From: Terriglobales bacterium
GTDB lineage: Bacteria; Acidobacteriota; Terriglobia; Terriglobales; Acidobacteriaceae
Direction of reading: 5' to 3'
Length of the DNA stretch: 32,000 nucleotides
Assembly: GCA_035623255.1 (NCBI GenBank)
Contig: DASPTU010000125.1
Span: forward strand, 166,818 to 198,817
The position numbers and the translations under genes were made by a program. A model generated the notes under the pieces. The model did not search any database. It saw nothing but the letters and a program-made list of their open reading frames with translations, and was not told where the DNA came from. Numbering within the stretch: the first letter of the stretch is position 1; the number at the start of each line of letters is the position of its first letter. Shown here piece after piece: positions 17,817 through 26,946 of the stretch.

Positions 17817-18181
17817 GCGGCTGCACACGGTATCGGGCGCCGCCCGATAAGCTGAGGTCATCGCCAATGGGCACCTCCCGTCTGTTGCTCCGGGGGCCGG
17901 AAGCACTGAAGCGAAGTACGTCAGCCCGCCCGGCTCTCCCGATGCCAGCGAAGCACGGTCTTAAATCCGCGACAAGACCGGCACTCGAGAGAAACAGAGC
18001 GTATCCGCATGCCCCGTCCCAGACTCGTCTGACGCGCATCAGCATACGCCCAGCCATTCTGAAGTCAAGTCCGGCGCGGCTTTCTTCACGCCCACTATTG
18101 AGAAAGCCAATCCTTCAGCCGCACGATTATCGCCTGAATCGCCTTCTTCCAGCGGCGCAACTCAACGTTCCACTTTGCACC

Positions 18182-19462
18182 TCAAGAGCGCAAGCGGACA
18201 TCAGACTCATCAGGACTGGACAACTCCAAAACAGCGGGTTCGCAAAATGATTGCCCCGATTTTCTAAAAATCAGGTTCAATAAAGGGTTGGTTGCGGCAG
18301 TTGTGATTATGGTCATTGAGACAAAGATGGTAAAGAGCGCAGCCGAGAACACCCCTGCGTCATAGGCAATCTTTAAAACAACCAACTCAACCAAACCTCG
18401 CGTATTCAGAAGCGTGCCAATCGCGAGCGAGTTTCTCCACGATTGCCCAAAACAGCGGGCCGCAACTGCGGCGCCTCCCATCTTGCCTGCAATTGCCCCT
18501 AGAAGAACAATCATCATCCACAGAGCGACAGCTCGATTAGCGAGCAGGTCAATTCTCGTGTGTATGCCCGTCAGCACGAAAAATAAAGGAAGAAGAAATG
18601 TGGATACGATTGTGTTTAGACTTTTGCGAACTTCCTTCTGCCAATCACGATTTCGAGGTAAACACAAACCGGCTACGAAAGCTCCAAATAAAGGGTGCAC
18701 TCCAATAGCCTCAGTGCAGGCAGCCGACGCGAACACGCCGGCCAGAGTACATCCCCAAACTTCAAGAGACATTACGGGATACCGCATACGTCGCTGCCAG
18801 CTCCAGGCGATCGGTCGAACGACCCTGAACATCACTGCCACGTAAGCGATCAGGCCAAATAGGCGCAACGATAGCAACGCTGGATTGTTGCTCGATCGCT
18901 CTAAAGCAAGCGCGAGTGCCAGTAACGACCATGCAACCACGTCATCCACGGCAGCACAAGAAATCGCTATTGTGCCCAGCGAACTTGCAAGCAGACCCCG
19001 TTCTTCAAGGATCTTAGCTAGCACTGGGAAGGCGGTAATGCTCATCGAAATCCCAACAAATAGAATGAATGTGCTACTAGGAATTTCCCGAGGGGCAAAC
19101 CTGGCTTGAAGGGGATGGGAAATCACAATCGCGATGCAAAAAGGTAGCAGGATGCTGACACTGCTGATTAGAGTTATAGGTATGCGTTGACCGTAGAGCT
19201 GATTGAGATCTATCTCAGTTCCAACGATGAAGAGAAAAAGAATAAGCCCGAGCGTGCTCAAAACCTCGAAAGCCGCCAGCGAACCATTCGGAAAGAATAC
19301 TGCGTACAAGTTTGGAAAAAACCGACCGACAACTGACGGCCCCACCACTATCCCGCCTATGATTTGTCCAATGACGCGCGCCTGTCCCAACTTGGTTGCG
19401 ATCCAGCCACATGTCAAAGTGACTAGCAGGATGACGACGGTTTGGGCCAAAAAGAGGAGCAT
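18182..19462 (-). CDS. Cation:proton antiporter (CPA2, Kef/NapA-type Na+/H+ exchanger family)
   Basis: 426 aa and polytopic. The N-terminus LGQARVIGQIIGGIVVGPSVVG is typical of this family. The gene is visibly more AT-rich than its neighbours. Confidence 0.85.
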   Translation of the reverse strand: MLLFLAQTVVILLVTLTCGWIATKLGQARVIGQIIGGIVVGPSVVGRFFPNLYAVFFPNGSLAAFEVLSTLGLILFLFIVGTEIDLNQLYGQRIPITLISSVSILLPFCIAIVISHPLQARFAPREIPSSTFILFVGISMSITAFPVLAKILEERGLLASSLGTIAISCAAVDDVVAWSLLALALALERSSNNPALLSLRLFGLIAYVAVMFRVVRPIAWSWQRRMRYPVMSLEVWGCTLAGVFASAACTEAIGVHPLFGAFVAGLCLPRNRDWQKEVRKSLNTIVSTFLLPLFFVLTGIHTRIDLLANRAVALWMMIVLLGAIAGKMGGAAVAARCFGQSWRNSLAIGTLLNTRGLVELVVLKIAYDAGVFSAALFTIFVSMTIITTAATNPLLNLIFRKSGQSFCEPAVLELSSPDESDVRLRS

Positions 19463-19722
19463 CGATTGTGGTGATTAGAGTCGATTTTGAGATCGTTCGT
19501 TGGCGCGATGCATGAAATACCAAATTCTGGAAAAGGATGCAAGTGGCGGTCGGCACCGGGGCTGTGATGCCTAGGCAAACACCCACACTGGAATGGGTTG
19601 ACTTAAGGGGGATCTATTCGAGGTCTTGAATGCCCACTCATATTCAGCACAACGGTGCCGCAGTAAATGTATAAAGCAAGGTCTCTCGGACCTATACACT
19701 AAGTAATCGCTGAGCACGCGAC

Positions 19723-20814
19723 ATGTATGACCTGATCGTCATTGGCGGCGGACCGGCAGGCGCCTCCGCGGCCATCACTTCCTGCCGAACCGGTGCTCAC
19801 GTCCTGCTGCTCGAGCGTGGCCGTTTCCCTCGCCACAAAGTTTGCGGCGAGTTCGTCTCGGCTGAGGCACTCGGGTTGCTCGGCTCCTTGCTTGAACTTA
19901 CTTATTCCAGTCTCCCGTACGCAGTCCCAATTCCACGAGCAAGATTTTTTGTCGATGACCGCGTACTAGAGGCAGCAGTTCAACCGGCAGCCGCTAGCAT
20001 AGCCCGTCTAGACCTCGACAGATCCTTGTGGGACTCCGCCGAGCGATGCGGCACCGAAGCCAGGCAGCAGGTCATCGTGCAGAACTTAAGCGGCTCCGGC
20101 CCATTTGTCGTCTGCACTTCGATTGGCGATTTCGAAACCCGTGCTGTCGTGAATGCATCAGGCCGCTGGTCGACTTTGAATGGAGCGCAGTCGCGCAACG
20201 GAAACGGAGGTGCGAAGTGGATCGGTCTCAAGGCTCACTACCTGGAGCCTGCCCCGCCCGCGTCCGTCGACCTTTACTTTTTCGATGGTGGCTATTGCGG
20301 CGTCCAGCCCGTAAACCTGAGTTCCGCTCACGATCAAGCTCGCGTCAACGCCTGCGCCATGGTGCGGGCCGATGTCGCTTCGACCATGCCGGAAACATTT
20401 GAGCTGCATCCGGCACTACGTGAACGGGCGGCCCGATGGACACCCGTCATGAATCCGGTTGGTGTGTCGCCGCTCTTGTTTGGGAAACCTCGGCCTATCG
20501 AGGGGAGCGTCCTATCCGTGGGCGATGCCGCAGGCTTTGTCGACCCCTTCGTCGGGGATGGAATCTCGCTTGCCTTGCGGAGTGGCGCGCTGGCCGCAGA
20601 GTCACTCGCCCCGTTCTTTGCTGGCCAACTTTCGCTGGCCCAGGCAATCAGGCAATATGCTGAAAGCTATCAGCTACATTTCGCTTCTGTCTTCCGGTCA
20701 TCATCCAGGATTCGTCGGATGCTGCGTCTGCCCCGTCCCGTCCGCGCCCCAATTCTGTCACTTCTGGCGCACAGCACGGCCGTTACCGAGTACCTGGTGA
20801 GGCAGACAAGATGA
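19723..20814 (+). CDS. FAD-dependent oxidoreductase (geranylgeranyl-reductase-like fold)
   Basis: 363 aa with the dinucleotide motif DLIVIGGGPAGASAA, HKVCGEFVS, and the second FAD motif GDAAGFVDPFVGDGISLAL. Confidence 0.8.
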   Translation: MYDLIVIGGGPAGASAAITSCRTGAHVLLLERGRFPRHKVCGEFVSAEALGLLGSLLELTYSSLPYAVPIPRARFFVDDRVLEAAVQPAAASIARLDLDRSLWDSAERCGTEARQQVIVQNLSGSGPFVVCTSIGDFETRAVVNASGRWSTLNGAQSRNGNGGAKWIGLKAHYLEPAPPASVDLYFFDGGYCGVQPVNLSSAHDQARVNACAMVRADVASTMPETFELHPALRERAARWTPVMNPVGVSPLLFGKPRPIEGSVLSVGDAAGFVDPFVGDGISLALRSGALAAESLAPFFAGQLSLAQAIRQYAESYQLHFASVFRSSSRIRRMLRLPRPVRAPILSLLAHSTAVTEYLVRQTR

Positions 20815-20871
20815 TGCCTGATGCGCGGGAATCCCAGATTCAGCTTCTTCTGCCGACGTCCTGAACACTAC

Positions 20872-21594
20872 TCAACGCACCACGAGCACTTCTCGGACGT
20901 TATCGCGAGTGAGGAAAAACTTAATGGAAGAAAAATCACGAAACAAATTCTCGATGTGCCGGTTATTGAACACTCGCTGCAGCCGGAAACTTCTTTGTAT
21001 CGCGGTATGCACGGCGCCGGTAGGCCCTTTGCGAACGTCCCGCCGGGCTCCGATCGGCTGCATTTCGAGCGTGTCCGGCCCGACGATATGGTAGCGATAA
21101 CAAGGCGCGTCAGGCCCTGCTTCCCGAGTATGAAAGAACGCCAGCAACATCGCTCCCGGCTTGGTCATGGTCCACAAACGCGCCACCACGGGCTTGACCA
21201 GGCTTTCATCGAGATAATCGGCCAGGTTCCAGCAGAATACGAGATCGAATTGCCCAGCCCCCTGGAGCAGGTTCTCCGCCAGAAATTTTTTTTCGTCCAG
21301 CACCCGTTCTCCCTGCTCGTTCCTGGTGACCAGGGCCGGGTCGGTCGAGGCCTCGAGAAGATCTTCGCTATATATTTTGTGTCCGCGCTCAGTGAGATAG
21401 CGAATGTTGGCGGCGGAGGTGGAACCGATATCCAGAATGCAAAGCGGCTCCTCTGATTTCAACACGCGTGCCAGTTCCGTCAGTCCGCTCGAGCGACGCG
21501 TGAGCCGCTGTTTGGCTTGGTCAGGCTTTTCTCCAGAAGCAGCTTCAGTTGAGCCACGAAATAGTTTCATGACGCTCTGGGTTACTGACGGCAT
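20872..21594 (-). CDS. Class I SAM-dependent methyltransferase
   Basis: 240 aa with motif I ILDIGSTSAAN, acidic loop YSEDL, FDLVFCWNLADYL and PGAMLLAFF. The overlapping + strand ORF (20821-21456) has no recognisable motifs. Confidence 0.75.
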   Translation of the reverse strand: MPSVTQSVMKLFRGSTEAASGEKPDQAKQRLTRRSSGLTELARVLKSEEPLCILDIGSTSAANIRYLTERGHKIYSEDLLEASTDPALVTRNEQGERVLDEKKFLAENLLQGAGQFDLVFCWNLADYLDESLVKPVVARLWTMTKPGAMLLAFFHTREAGPDAPCYRYHIVGPDTLEMQPIGARRDVRKGPTGAVHTAIQRSFRLQRVFNNRHIENLFRDFSSIKFFLTRDNVREVLVVR

Positions 21595-21678
21595 CGAAAG
21601 AACTGCCTAAAAAACCGATAGACAAAAATCGGCGTAATAAATCATAGCGCGGTGCTGGAATAGAGGCCGGGAAAACAT

Positions 21679-22170
21679 CTACGACTTGGTTACTGTCGTG
21701 CTCGATGATGCGGAAGATGCCGCAGCACCGCTTGCCATCTTCGAAGGCGCGGCCGCTGCAGCAGACCCCACTGCGCTCTTGGTCTCAGGCTTTTGGTCGG
21801 CTTTGCTTACCGCGGCGGAAGTCGGTTTTGCCACATCCCGCTGGATATCCACTTTTCCCTTGAAATAAGCTCCATCCTCGATGGCGATACGTTGCGTAAA
21901 GATATCCCCCGTCGCAACGGCTGAGCTTCTCAGCTCCGCACGTTCGTCAGCATGAATGTTGCCTTCCAGCTTTCCTTGTACAACTACCCCTTTGGCGTTC
22001 ACGTTTGCATGAACCTTCCCGTTGGGTCCGATTACCAGGTTATTGCCTTCCAACTCGATCTTACCTTCGACTATGCCATCTACGTACAGGTCCTCGCTCC
22101 CCGACAACTCTCCCTTAATTATTACCGACTTGCCAATATGTGCGAACTCCGGGGTTTTTGCCACGTCCAT
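21679..22170 (-). CDS. Bactofilin (polymer-forming cytoskeletal protein, DUF583)
   Basis: The beta-helical repeat core reads VIIKGELSGSEDLYVDGIVEGKIELEGNNLVIGPNGKVHANVNAKGVVVQGKLEGNIHA...YFKGKVDI, followed by an A/S-rich tail. GGGAGGAG lies upstream of ATG 22170. The longest ORF extends to 22326. Confidence 0.85.
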   Translation of the reverse strand: MDVAKTPEFAHIGKSVIIKGELSGSEDLYVDGIVEGKIELEGNNLVIGPNGKVHANVNAKGVVVQGKLEGNIHADERAELRSSAVATGDIFTQRIAIEDGAYFKGKVDIQRDVAKPTSAAVSKADQKPETKSAVGSAAAAAPSKMASGAAASSASSSTTVTKS

Positions 22171-22381
22171 AGCCGAATCTCCTCCCGCCCTTGCCAAAAT
22201 ATTAAGTGAGACACTGGATTCTAACCCATTTAACCAGTTCCCGCTGTAACCAGACTGAAACATAGACATCGAGGTTAAAATTCTAGGCAGGGATGTTCTT
22301 TCAGATCCGGCATTCGCGCGGGGCAACAGCCTGCTCTATTCGTCGCCTCTAAATTGGATTGCTTACGGGGATCTTATCGTC

Positions 22382-23275
22382 GTGAAGTCTAGGACTGCTT
22401 TCGCCCTATCGGTGTTCCTGCTCACCAGCGTACTTTTGACTTTTGCCGAGGAAACGCCCATGCCGGTCATCGAGCTGGTGCGGCAAACGGTCGAAAACGA
22501 GATCACGTCGAACAACGGAAACGCAAAATTCATGTTTCTCGATCGCAAGAAAACTCCTCGTGGTTCTCAGGTCAAACTAATCCTGGAGACGACGCAGGGT
22601 ACTGCTGGTTTGCTCGTTGCGGTGAACGACAAGCCACTCACCCCCGAGGAGCGGCAGGCCGAAGAGGCACGACTGGAAGAGTTAGCCGCGAATCCAATCG
22701 AACTCAGAAAAAAACAGAAGGCGGAACATGATGACAGTGAGCGAACCAATCGCATCATGAAAGCCTTGCCCGACGCTTTTATTTACCAGCCTGACGGCAC
22801 TGAGACCGGCACCCAGGGAGTCGGTAACCCGGGAGACGAGTTGGTCCGCCTGAGGTTTCGACCCAATCCCAACTACAGCCCACCGACCCATACCGAACAG
22901 GTGCTCACCGGCATGAGTGGTTACATCCTGATAGATGCCAACAGGAAGCGCATTGCCAAGATTGACGGCAGGTTGTTTAAGGAGGTGGCATTTGGTTGGG
23001 GAATTCTCGGACACCTGGACCGGGGTGGCCGGTTTGTCGTTCAACAAGGCGCTGTTGAGAGCAATGATTGGGAAATTACGCGCATGGACTTGGCCTTTAC
23101 TGGCAAGATTCTCGTTTTTAGGAAGATTCTGATTAAGTCTGACGAATGTTTCAGCGATTTCCATCCCGCCCCGTCCAACCTGACATTCGCCCAAGGCGTT
23201 GAATTGCTCAAGAAACACGAAGCCGAGTTGGCTGAAAATCACCAGGCCGGCCCCGCAAACCACGATCAAAGATAG
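22382..23275 (+). CDS. Secreted protein of unknown function
   Basis: 297-aa ORF from GTG 22382 with the signal peptide MKSRTAFALSVFLLTSVLLTFA. It has coding-like composition and no motif I recognise. Confidence 0.6.
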   Translation: MKSRTAFALSVFLLTSVLLTFAEETPMPVIELVRQTVENEITSNNGNAKFMFLDRKKTPRGSQVKLILETTQGTAGLLVAVNDKPLTPEERQAEEARLEELAANPIELRKKQKAEHDDSERTNRIMKALPDAFIYQPDGTETGTQGVGNPGDELVRLRFRPNPNYSPPTHTEQVLTGMSGYILIDANRKRIAKIDGRLFKEVAFGWGILGHLDRGGRFVVQQGAVESNDWEITRMDLAFTGKILVFRKILIKSDECFSDFHPAPSNLTFAQGVELLKKHEAELAENHQAGPANHDQR

Positions 23276-23456
23276 ATTGAGTAAGGTCAATCGTGCTAAA
23301 GGATGAATTAGCTCTGCTCTGTGTCACGCGGGTTTGAGCGGGCCACATATTTTGGCCCGCTTCTGCAGTTCGAACCTGATGTACTCCTCTCCAGCTTTCA
23401 TCATCGCTCGCCTGCGCCGAAACCTCGCGCGTGCTAACCTGCAACGTACAACAGGA

Positions 23457-24401
23457 ATGAGCGTCGCAGGCAAGATTCGCATTGGCACTGCCGGTTGGTC
23501 CTACAAGGATTGGGAAGGAATCTTTTATCCCTCCGGGATGCAGCGCAGAAAGCAGCATCCTCTCGAAATCCTTGCGAGCTGCTTCGATGTGGTTGAAATC
23601 AACACATCATTCTATGGCCACATCAAGCCCGAGCTAGTCAAAATCTGGACCCGCAAAGCGGCTAGCGTGAATCCCAATTTTCTGTTTACTGCCAAGCTGC
23701 ATCGCTCCTTCACGCATTCGCCGCTCGCGGTCATGGAGCCAACCTCCGCCGCAACTATCAAGCCCAACGAAGAAGACCAGAAACTCGCGCGAGAAGGCCT
23801 CGAAGCCTTGGCTGCCACGGGCAAGCTCGGCGCCTTGCTTATTCAGTTTCCGGTGTCTTTCAAAAACACCTTGCTCAATCGCGAATACCTCGAAACTCTA
23901 TTACGCCAGTTCATTGAGTACCCACGCGTTGTCGAGGTTCGCCATTCGAGTTGGGGCAATCGCGAAACCATTCGTGACTTTGAACAAAGAAACGTTTCCT
24001 TCTGCAACATCGATCAGCCACTGATCGGTCGCGCTCTCGATGCCACAGAGCATGTAACCGCTCCCGTCGCCTACGTGCGCCTGCACGGCCGCAATTACGA
24101 TCAGTGGTTCGAAGCCGAGAAGCCCCACGATCGCTACAACTATCTCTATTCAGAAGACGAACTTCGAGGATGGAAAGACAAAATCGAGCGCATGGCTCAC
24201 CAGGCTGAGGTCACCTACGTCATCGCCAACAATCACTTCGAAGCCAAAGCTGGAGTCAACGCGCTGCAAATGAAATACATGCTCGCCGGACATCGGCAAA
24301 AAGCTCCCGGGCCTCTGCTCCGCCACTACCCCGAACTGAGTGCGATTGCCGATCCGCTTCCCGAGGATAGCTCCGACGCAACCCTGCCCTTAATGGCGTA
24401 A
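23457..24401 (+). CDS. DUF72 (YecE/UPF0759) family protein
   Basis: The family-typical N-terminus IRIGTAGWSYKDWEGIFYP follows ATG 23457. The longest ORF starts at 23334. Confidence 0.8.
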   Translation: MSVAGKIRIGTAGWSYKDWEGIFYPSGMQRRKQHPLEILASCFDVVEINTSFYGHIKPELVKIWTRKAASVNPNFLFTAKLHRSFTHSPLAVMEPTSAATIKPNEEDQKLAREGLEALAATGKLGALLIQFPVSFKNTLLNREYLETLLRQFIEYPRVVEVRHSSWGNRETIRDFEQRNVSFCNIDQPLIGRALDATEHVTAPVAYVRLHGRNYDQWFEAEKPHDRYNYLYSEDELRGWKDKIERMAHQAEVTYVIANNHFEAKAGVNALQMKYMLAGHRQKAPGPLLRHYPELSAIADPLPEDSSDATLPLMA

Positions 24402-24492
24402 AAACTCGTACGGACCAAGAACGTCGCCAAACTACGGCAGCGTGGCCTTGTTTGACAATCCCCCGGACCGCTCAGCCTATAATCGCCGGATT

Positions 24493-26913
24493 ATGGAAGC
24501 TCTGCTGCGTGATGTGCGCTTCGCCTTTCGCATGTTCGCCAAGAATCCCGGCCTCATTTTTGCCGCAATTTTCACTCTTGCATTGGCGATTGGCGCCAAC
24601 ACCGCGATGTTCACCGTTACGAGCGCGTTACTGCTGCGGCCATTTCCTTATTCCGACCCACAACAACTCGTGACCATCCAGGTAAAGGACCGGGACGAAG
24701 ACCGCCCCGGCACGCTGCTGCGATATGAGCTCTTGCGCAATCAGGCCAAATCGTTTCAGATCGCGGCCTGGGCTAACGACAATTTCAACCTCACCGGCCG
24801 TGGCGAGCCGATACAAGTACCCGTAGCTCGGGTCTCTTCCAATTTCTTCTCGCTGCTGGGAGTGAAGCCTGACCTCGGCCGCACGTTTACTCAAGATGAG
24901 GGACACCCCGAGAGCAAGCCCGTGGTTATGCTCAGCAATGCGATTTGGCATAGTCGCTTTGGCGGCGACCCTAACATTCTCGGCCAGACGGTCACGCTCG
25001 ATACCACGCCGCATACGATTGTCGGCGTGCTGCCCGCGAACGTTGAGTTTCCCTTTGTGGGCCAGGCGGAGATCTGGACACCACGCTACTTTGAACTCAC
25101 CCTCATGAGTAATCAGCGGTTGCGCATGGGTGTCGGCTATTTAGGATATGTGGCGCGGCTCCGGGATCAAGTGCCTGTTTCCCGTGCACAAGCCGAACTC
25201 GCCATTCTCAATCAACAGTATCGCGACCAGAACCCGAGCGCGCCCGATGCAGATCCCAGCACACTGATGCTAGCCGCCCCGCTGCGGGATCTCGTCGTCG
25301 GCGACGTGCGTGGAAAACTGTTGCTCCTGTCGGGCGCAGTCGTGGTGGTGCTGCTCATCGCCTGTGCTAACGTGGCCAGCCTTTTACTCTCCCGCGCTCT
25401 CGCCCGCAAAAGAGAAATCGCGGTACGTACCGCTTTGGGAGCAACCCGCGGCGCTTTGGTTCGCCAGTTGCTCACCGAAAGCATGTTGCTGGCAATCACG
25501 GCCGGAATTCTCGGCGTCGCGCTGAGCTGGGCAGCCACTCGCGCTCTTCTGGCTTGGGGTGCAAGTCAACTTCCGGCGGAAATGCCGATCGGCGTCGACT
25601 TCCGCGTCTTGCTGTTTGCACTGGTTGTTTCTCTGCTCACCGGAGTCATCTTCGGCGCTATGCCGGCGCTGCAATTCTCCAAGGTTGACGTCGAGTCCGC
25701 TCTGCGTGCAGAAGGTCGCGCGGCTTCCGCCGGCCACAGGAGAACGCGGATGAAGGGCCTTCTCGTCATAGGCCAGGTCGCACTGTCATTGCTTCTCCTT
25801 ATCGCAGCCGGCTTATTGCTGCGCAGCTTCGGACGGCTGGTTCGCACAGATCCCGGCTTCGAACCCCACAACGCTCTTACCCTGAACGTTTCTTTGCCCA
25901 CCGTGAAGTACGCCAAAGCGGAGCAACAAATCGCCTTCTTTGATGAAGTGCTACGCCGCGTTTCATCCCTGCCCGGCGTGCGAAACGCAGCCACGTCTGC
26001 GGCATTGCCGCTGAGTTGGGTGCGATACACTCCCGTCTTGGCCGACGGTCAACCCGATGTCCCTCTTGCCCAACGGCCATTCATCGACATCGAGGCGATT
26101 AGCCCGCAATGGTTTCAAACCCTGCGCGTTCCGATTCGCGCTGGCCGCAGCTTTACTGATGCCGACAATGCGCAAGCGCCCAAAGTGATCGTCGTCAACG
26201 AAAGCTTCGCGCACCGCTTCTGGCCCAATCAGAACCCAATCGGCAAGCACGTCGTGGTCGGCCGCTGGCCCGATCCCGCCGCGGTAGTCGGCGTCGCTGC
26301 CGACATCAAAAACCGCGGTCTTGCCCAGGAGACCCAGGCACAGATCTATCTCCCGTTCCCGCAGTTGCCCTGGGGCAGAATGAATCTCCTGGTGCGCACC
26401 GCCGTTCCGCCGCTCAGCTTGACGTCGGCCATCCGTGGCCAGATTGCGGCCGTCGATCCCGATCAGCCGGTCACCAGCATTGAAACCGTCGACAATCTGG
26501 TCGACGCCTCCCGGGCTCAGGCCCGCTTCATCACCTTCTTGCTCGGCGCCTTCTCGGTAACAGCCCTGATTCTCGCCGTAATCGGAATCTACGGTGTGCT
26601 GTCATATTCGGTGACTCAGCGGCAGCATGAGTTGGGGATTCGCCTCGCGCTCGGAGCGCAGCGCTCCGACGTTTTATTGCTCGTGCTGAAACAGGGACTG
26701 CGGCTCGCCGTTGTGGGAATCGCAATAGGTCTGGTCGCCGCTCTGCTGCTCACAAATCTGATGTCGAGCATGTTGTATCACGTCGGCGCTCGTGACCTCG
26801 CAACTTTCGCTCTAACGCCGCTGATTTTTCTTGCGATTGCTCTGCTTGCCAGTTACCTGCCCGCGCGCCGCACCGCAAAACTGGATCCCATGGATACCCT
26901 TCGTGTGAGCTGA
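24493..26913 (+). CDS. Duplicated FtsX/MacB-type ABC permease (ADOP-like orphan permease)
   Basis: ~806 aa from ATG 24493. The N-terminus LRDVRFAFRMFAKNPGLIFAAIFTLALAIGANTAMFTV is characteristic. Two MacB-periplasmic plus FtsX 4-TM modules are present. No adjacent ATPase gene is visible. Confidence 0.85.
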   Translation: MEALLRDVRFAFRMFAKNPGLIFAAIFTLALAIGANTAMFTVTSALLLRPFPYSDPQQLVTIQVKDRDEDRPGTLLRYELLRNQAKSFQIAAWANDNFNLTGRGEPIQVPVARVSSNFFSLLGVKPDLGRTFTQDEGHPESKPVVMLSNAIWHSRFGGDPNILGQTVTLDTTPHTIVGVLPANVEFPFVGQAEIWTPRYFELTLMSNQRLRMGVGYLGYVARLRDQVPVSRAQAELAILNQQYRDQNPSAPDADPSTLMLAAPLRDLVVGDVRGKLLLLSGAVVVVLLIACANVASLLLSRALARKREIAVRTALGATRGALVRQLLTESMLLAITAGILGVALSWAATRALLAWGASQLPAEMPIGVDFRVLLFALVVSLLTGVIFGAMPALQFSKVDVESALRAEGRAASAGHRRTRMKGLLVIGQVALSLLLLIAAGLLLRSFGRLVRTDPGFEPHNALTLNVSLPTVKYAKAEQQIAFFDEVLRRVSSLPGVRNAATSAALPLSWVRYTPVLADGQPDVPLAQRPFIDIEAISPQWFQTLRVPIRAGRSFTDADNAQAPKVIVVNESFAHRFWPNQNPIGKHVVVGRWPDPAAVVGVAADIKNRGLAQETQAQIYLPFPQLPWGRMNLLVRTAVPPLSLTSAIRGQIAAVDPDQPVTSIETVDNLVDASRAQARFITFLLGAFSVTALILAVIGIYGVLSYSVTQRQHELGIRLALGAQRSDVLLLVLKQGLRLAVVGIAIGLVAALLLTNLMSSMLYHVGARDLATFALTPLIFLAIALLASYLPARRTAKLDPMDTLRVS

Positions 26914-26946
26914 GGCTGTGGGCGCAGGTATAATAGCGCGGCACGC

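Noticed and set aside
17817-18181. ORFs of 148 aa (+, 17804-18250) and 100 aa (-, 17755-18057) in the P450/antiporter spacer
   Set aside because: Both translations are R/S/P/A-rich with no motifs or SD, and they overlap each other and neighbouring genes. I treat the region as non-coding, and I saw no tRNA-like or obvious structured RNA there.
20821-21456. 211-aa plus-strand ORF
   Set aside because: It is antisense to the 20872-21594 gene, whose translation carries ordered SAM-methyltransferase motifs. The plus-strand product has none.
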